A DNA stretch of 64,000 bases from Pristiophorus japonicus (Eukaryota), in NCBI RefSeq assembly GCF_044704955.1, contig NC_091989.1, positions 80,724,001 to 80,788,000 on the forward strand, read 5' to 3'. Positions 60,283-64,000 of the stretch are shown here, in pieces (the stretch's first letter is position 1; every line of letters starts with the position of its first letter). Below the pieces are notes generated by a model that was not told the origin of the DNA, did no database searches, and was given only the letters and a program-made list of their open reading frames with translations. The translations under genes were made by a program, and so were the position numbers.

Positions 60283-60716
60283 CTGGCAGTGAAAGAAAGC
60301 CATTGTCAAAATAATACAACGAGACTGCCCTACGGAATGTTGGCAGTGAGAACCAAGGTCATAGTTCAATCACAGGGACATCCTCAAAACTATCAGAATG
60401 ATTTGCTCCTGGTTTATGGATTTTAGAGAAAAAAAAATTGCATTTCTGTAGTGCCTGTCGCAACCACAAGACGCCCCAATGCCAATTAGATATTTTTGAA
60501 CAAAAGCAAAATACTTTTTGAAGTGTAGTCACTGGAGTGTGGGAAACGCGGCACCCACTTTGTTCACAGCAAGGTCTCAGAAACAGCAATGTGATAATGA
60601 GCAGCTAATCTGTTTTATTGGCATTGATTGAGGGGTAAACATTGGCCTTCAGTGAGGAGAACTCCTCTGCCTGTCTTTGAATAGTGCCATGAGATCCTTT
60701 ACATCCAACTGAGAGA

Positions 60717-61440
60717 GAACATAAGAACATAAGAACATAAGAATTAGGAACAGGAGTAGGCCATCGAGCTCCTCGAGCCTGCTCCGCCATTCAATAAGAT
60801 CATGGCTGATCTGGTCGTGGACTCAGCTCCACTTACCCGCCCTCTCCCCGTAACCCTTAATTCCCTTATTGCTTAAAAATCTATCTATCTTTGACTTGAA
60901 AACATTCAATGAGCCAGCCTCAACTGCTTCCTTGGGCAGAGAATTCCACAGATTCACAACCCTCTGGGAGAAGAAATTCTTTCTCAACTCGGTTTTAAAT
61001 TGGCTCCTCCGTATTTTGAGGCTGTGCCCCCTAGTTCTAGTCTCCCCCACCAGTGGAAACAACCTCTCTGCCTCTATCTTGTCTATCCCTTTCATGATTT
61101 TAAATGTTTCTATAAGATCACCCCTCATCCTTCTGAACTCCAAGGAGTAAAGACCCAGTCTACTCAATCTATCATCATAAGGTAACCCCCTCATTTCTGG
61201 AATCAGCCTAGTGAATCGTCTCTGTACCCCTTCCAAAGCTAGTATATCCTTCCTTAAGTAAGGTGACCAAAACTGCACGCAGTACTGCAGGTGCGGCCTT
61301 ACCAATACCTTATACAGTTGCAGCAACACCTCCCTGCTTTTGTACTCCATCGCTTTCGCAATGAAGGCCAACATTCCATTTGCCTTCCTGATTACCTGCT
61401 GCACCTGCAAACTAACCTTTTGGGATTCATGCACAAGGAC
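60717..61440 (-). mobile_element. CR1 3' part, target of the Tx1 tandem array
   Basis: Intact 203-aa ORF2 C-terminus and (TTCTTATG)n tail; breaks at ttcatgcacaaggac. Confidence 0.92.
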
Positions 61441-64000
61441 ACGCTGGCGCGGCGCCTAAATTCTGCCAACGTCCGCCACGCGGCCGATGCCATCGAGTCG
61501 CTAAAAACAGCTCTGGGTCCTGACTCCGTTAGGTGCATCGAGGAGGCTCAAGCACGGGGGGAGATCCCGTCCGAACTGACCCCCGTCCGGACGGAATTCC
61601 TCATCGGCGCCAAACCCCGGAACCTCCCTCGGGGGCCGGCGCCTCACAACTTGAGCCGCCTCGGGGAAATCCCCTCCGTGCCTTTCAGTTCCGCGCGGAG
61701 GGGTTTCCTGTACGGGCTGCTCCTGCACACCCTCAACTTTGCCATCCTCGCCGGCCGTCCGGACACGCCATGGCGTACCATCTTGCCGTCCGGAGGAGGC
61801 GGGGGTCCCCGATGGAGGGCACTCTACGCAGGGGTCCTCCCACTATTCATCGGGGCCTTGGCCTGGAGGGTGGTGCACGGAGCAGTGCCGTGCAACAAAT
61901 TTTTAAGCCGGTTCACGGACTCCCAGGCCGCCTGCAATTTCTGCGGTCTGGAGGAGTCCGTGTTCCATGTTTTTATTGAGTGCACAAGGTTGCAGCCCAT
62001 GTTCCATTATTTGAAGGGGCTGCTCCTGAAATTCTGGCTGCACTTCAGTCCCACTCTCCTGATCTTTGGGCACCCTGTGCGGAGGGGAGCGGGTAGGTCC
62101 GAAGGCCTCCTCGTAGGACTGCTCCTGGGCACGGCCAAGGGTGCCATCAGCCGGTCCAGGCAGCGGGCGGTCGAGGGGGTCGTTCAACCTGACTGCCTGC
62201 CTCTCTTCCGCTCTTACATCCGGTCCAGGGTGTCCTTGGAGATGGAGCACGCGGTGTCCACCGGTACGCTCGCGGCCTTCCGCGAGAGGTGGGCACCGGA
62301 GGGACTGGAGTGCATCATCACGCCCGGCAACCAAATTTTAATTTGATTTTACGTTTTAAAGTTTAATTTGTTTTAATTGCCGGTGTTTTTAGTGTCCCCT
62401 TCCCTTTTATAGGGGGCACTGGGGAAAATTGTGAATTTCGTGCCCAAAAAAAAAACCAAAAAAAGAAAAACACAAAAAAAAGGGGGGGAAAAAAAAAAAA
62501 AAGGGCCTTGTAAATGTCTGGAGTGTCACCCAGGTCGGGTGGCACCGTTTAATGTTTTATGTTTTCGCAGGTAAACTCAAAAGAGTTTCATGCACAAGGA
62601 CACGCTGGCGCGGCGCCTAAATTCTGCCAACGTCCGCCACGCGGCCGATGCCATCGAGTCGCTAAAAACAGCTCTGGGCCCTGACTCCGTTAGGTGCATA
62701 GAGGAGGCTCAAGCACATGGGGAGATCCCGTCCGAACTGACCCCCGTCCGGGCGGAATTCCTCATCGGCGCCAAACCCCGGAACCTCCCTCGGGGGCCGG
62801 CGCCTCACAACTTGAGCCGCCTCGGGGAAATCCCCTCCGTGCCTTTCAGTTCCGCGCGGAGGGGTTTCCTGTACGGGCTGCTCCTGCACACCCTCAACTT
62901 TGCCATCCTCGCCGGCCGTCCGGACACGCCATGGCGTACCATCTTGCCGTCCGGAGGAGGCGGGGGTCCCCGATGGAGGGCACTCTACGCAGGGGTCCTC
63001 CCACTATTCATCGGGGACTTGGCCTGGAGGGTGGTGCACGGAGCAGTGCCGTGCAACAAATTTTTAAGCCGGTTCACGGACTCCCAGGCCGCCTGCAATT
63101 TCTGCGGTCTGGAGGAGTCCGTGTTCCATGTTTTTATTGAGTGCACAAGGTTGCAGCCCATGTTCCATTATTTGAAGGGGCTGCTCCTGAAATTCTGGCT
63201 GCACTTCAGTCCCACTCTCCTGATCTTTGGGCACCCTGTGCGGAGGGGAGCGGGTAGGTCCGAGGGCCTCCTCGTAGGACTGCTCCTGGGCACGGCCAAG
63301 GGTGCCATCAGCCGGTCCAGGCAGCGGGCGGTCGAGGGGGTCGTTCAACCTGACTGCCTGCCTCTCTTCCGCTCTTACATCCGGTCCAGGGTGTCCTTGG
63401 AGATGGAGCACGCGGTGTCCACCGGTACGCTCGCGGCCTTCCGCGAGAGGTGGGCACCGGAGGGACTGGAGTGCATCATCACGCCCGGCAACCAAATTTT
63501 AATTTGATTTTACGTTTTAAAGTTTAATTTGTTTTCATTGCCGGTGCTTTTAGTGTCCCCCTCCCCTTTTATAGGGGGCACTGGAAAAATTTGATTTTAG
63601 CGCCCCAAAAAAACCAAAAAAAAAGAAAAAAAAAAGGGGCCTTGAAAATGTCTGCTGTGTCACCCAGGTCGGGTGGCATGGTTTTAATGTTTATGTTTTT
63701 GCAGGTAAACTCAAAAGAGTTTCATGCACAAGGACACGCTGGCGCGGCGCCTAAATTCTGCCAACGTCCGCCACGCGGCCGATGCCATCGAGTCGCTAAA
63801 AACAGCTCTGGGCCCTGACTCCGTTAGGTGCATCGAGGAGGCTCAAGCACATGGGGAGATCCCGTCCGAACTGACCCCCGTCCGGACGGAATTCCTCATC
63901 GGCGCCAAACCCCGGAACCTCCCTCGGGGGCCGGCGCCTCACAACTTGAGCCGCCTCGGGGAAATCCCCTCCGTGCCTTTCAGTTCCGCGCGGAGGGGTT
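61441..64000 (+). mobile_element. Head-to-tail tandem array of identically 5'-truncated Tx1 copies (periods 1161 and 1134 bp), running off the window
   Basis: Near-identical units, each about 300 aa of ORF2 C-terminus (CNFCGLEESVFHVFIEC) plus an A/T-tract 3' UTR, separated by TTCATGCACAAGGAC at 61426, 62587 and 63721. Confidence 0.92.

Noticed and set aside
59644-60369. 241-aa dynein-Tx1 ORF
   Set aside because: Read-through past the donor at 60090 into an out-of-frame Tx1 sequence.
61291-62346. 351-aa novel zinc-finger gene
   Set aside because: Antisense CR1 sequence fused to a 5'-truncated Tx1 ORF2 tail lacking RT and endonuclease.

Overview
This is vertebrate genomic DNA, most likely from a cartilaginous fish (shark-type CR1 subfamilies, a Deu-domain SINE and Tx1 elements; the taxon is inferred). 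The whole window lies inside one minus-strand axonemal dynein heavy chain gene of the inner-arm DNAH3/7/12 group, closest by recall to DNAH3. Eleven GT-AG exons (60282 to 1035, 1767 nt, 589 codons) splice into one open frame covering the end of AAA4, the stalk coiled coil, the microtubule-binding domain and the start of AAA5. The introns are mostly nested transposons: many CR1 LINEs, L2, RTE and an RTE-tailed non-autonomous element, a full Gypsy provirus with TSD, solo LTRs, Tx1 elements, a two-gene Harbinger transposon with a matching MITE, and G/C-rich minisatellites. The main observations are: (1) two separate Tx1 insertions at the same site in two copies of one LTR family, with an empty copy also present, suggesting an LTR-targeting retrotransposon; (2) a tandem array of a sister Tx1 joined by a 15-bp CR1-derived target sequence; (3) a Harbinger Myb/SANT partner with about 16 in-frame 15-aa Met-rich repeats; (4) a 236-bp direct repeat flanking an RTE-tailed insert. 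All coordinates were read by eye. Exon, TSD and TIR boundaries were checked base by base; other repeat boundaries are approximate.
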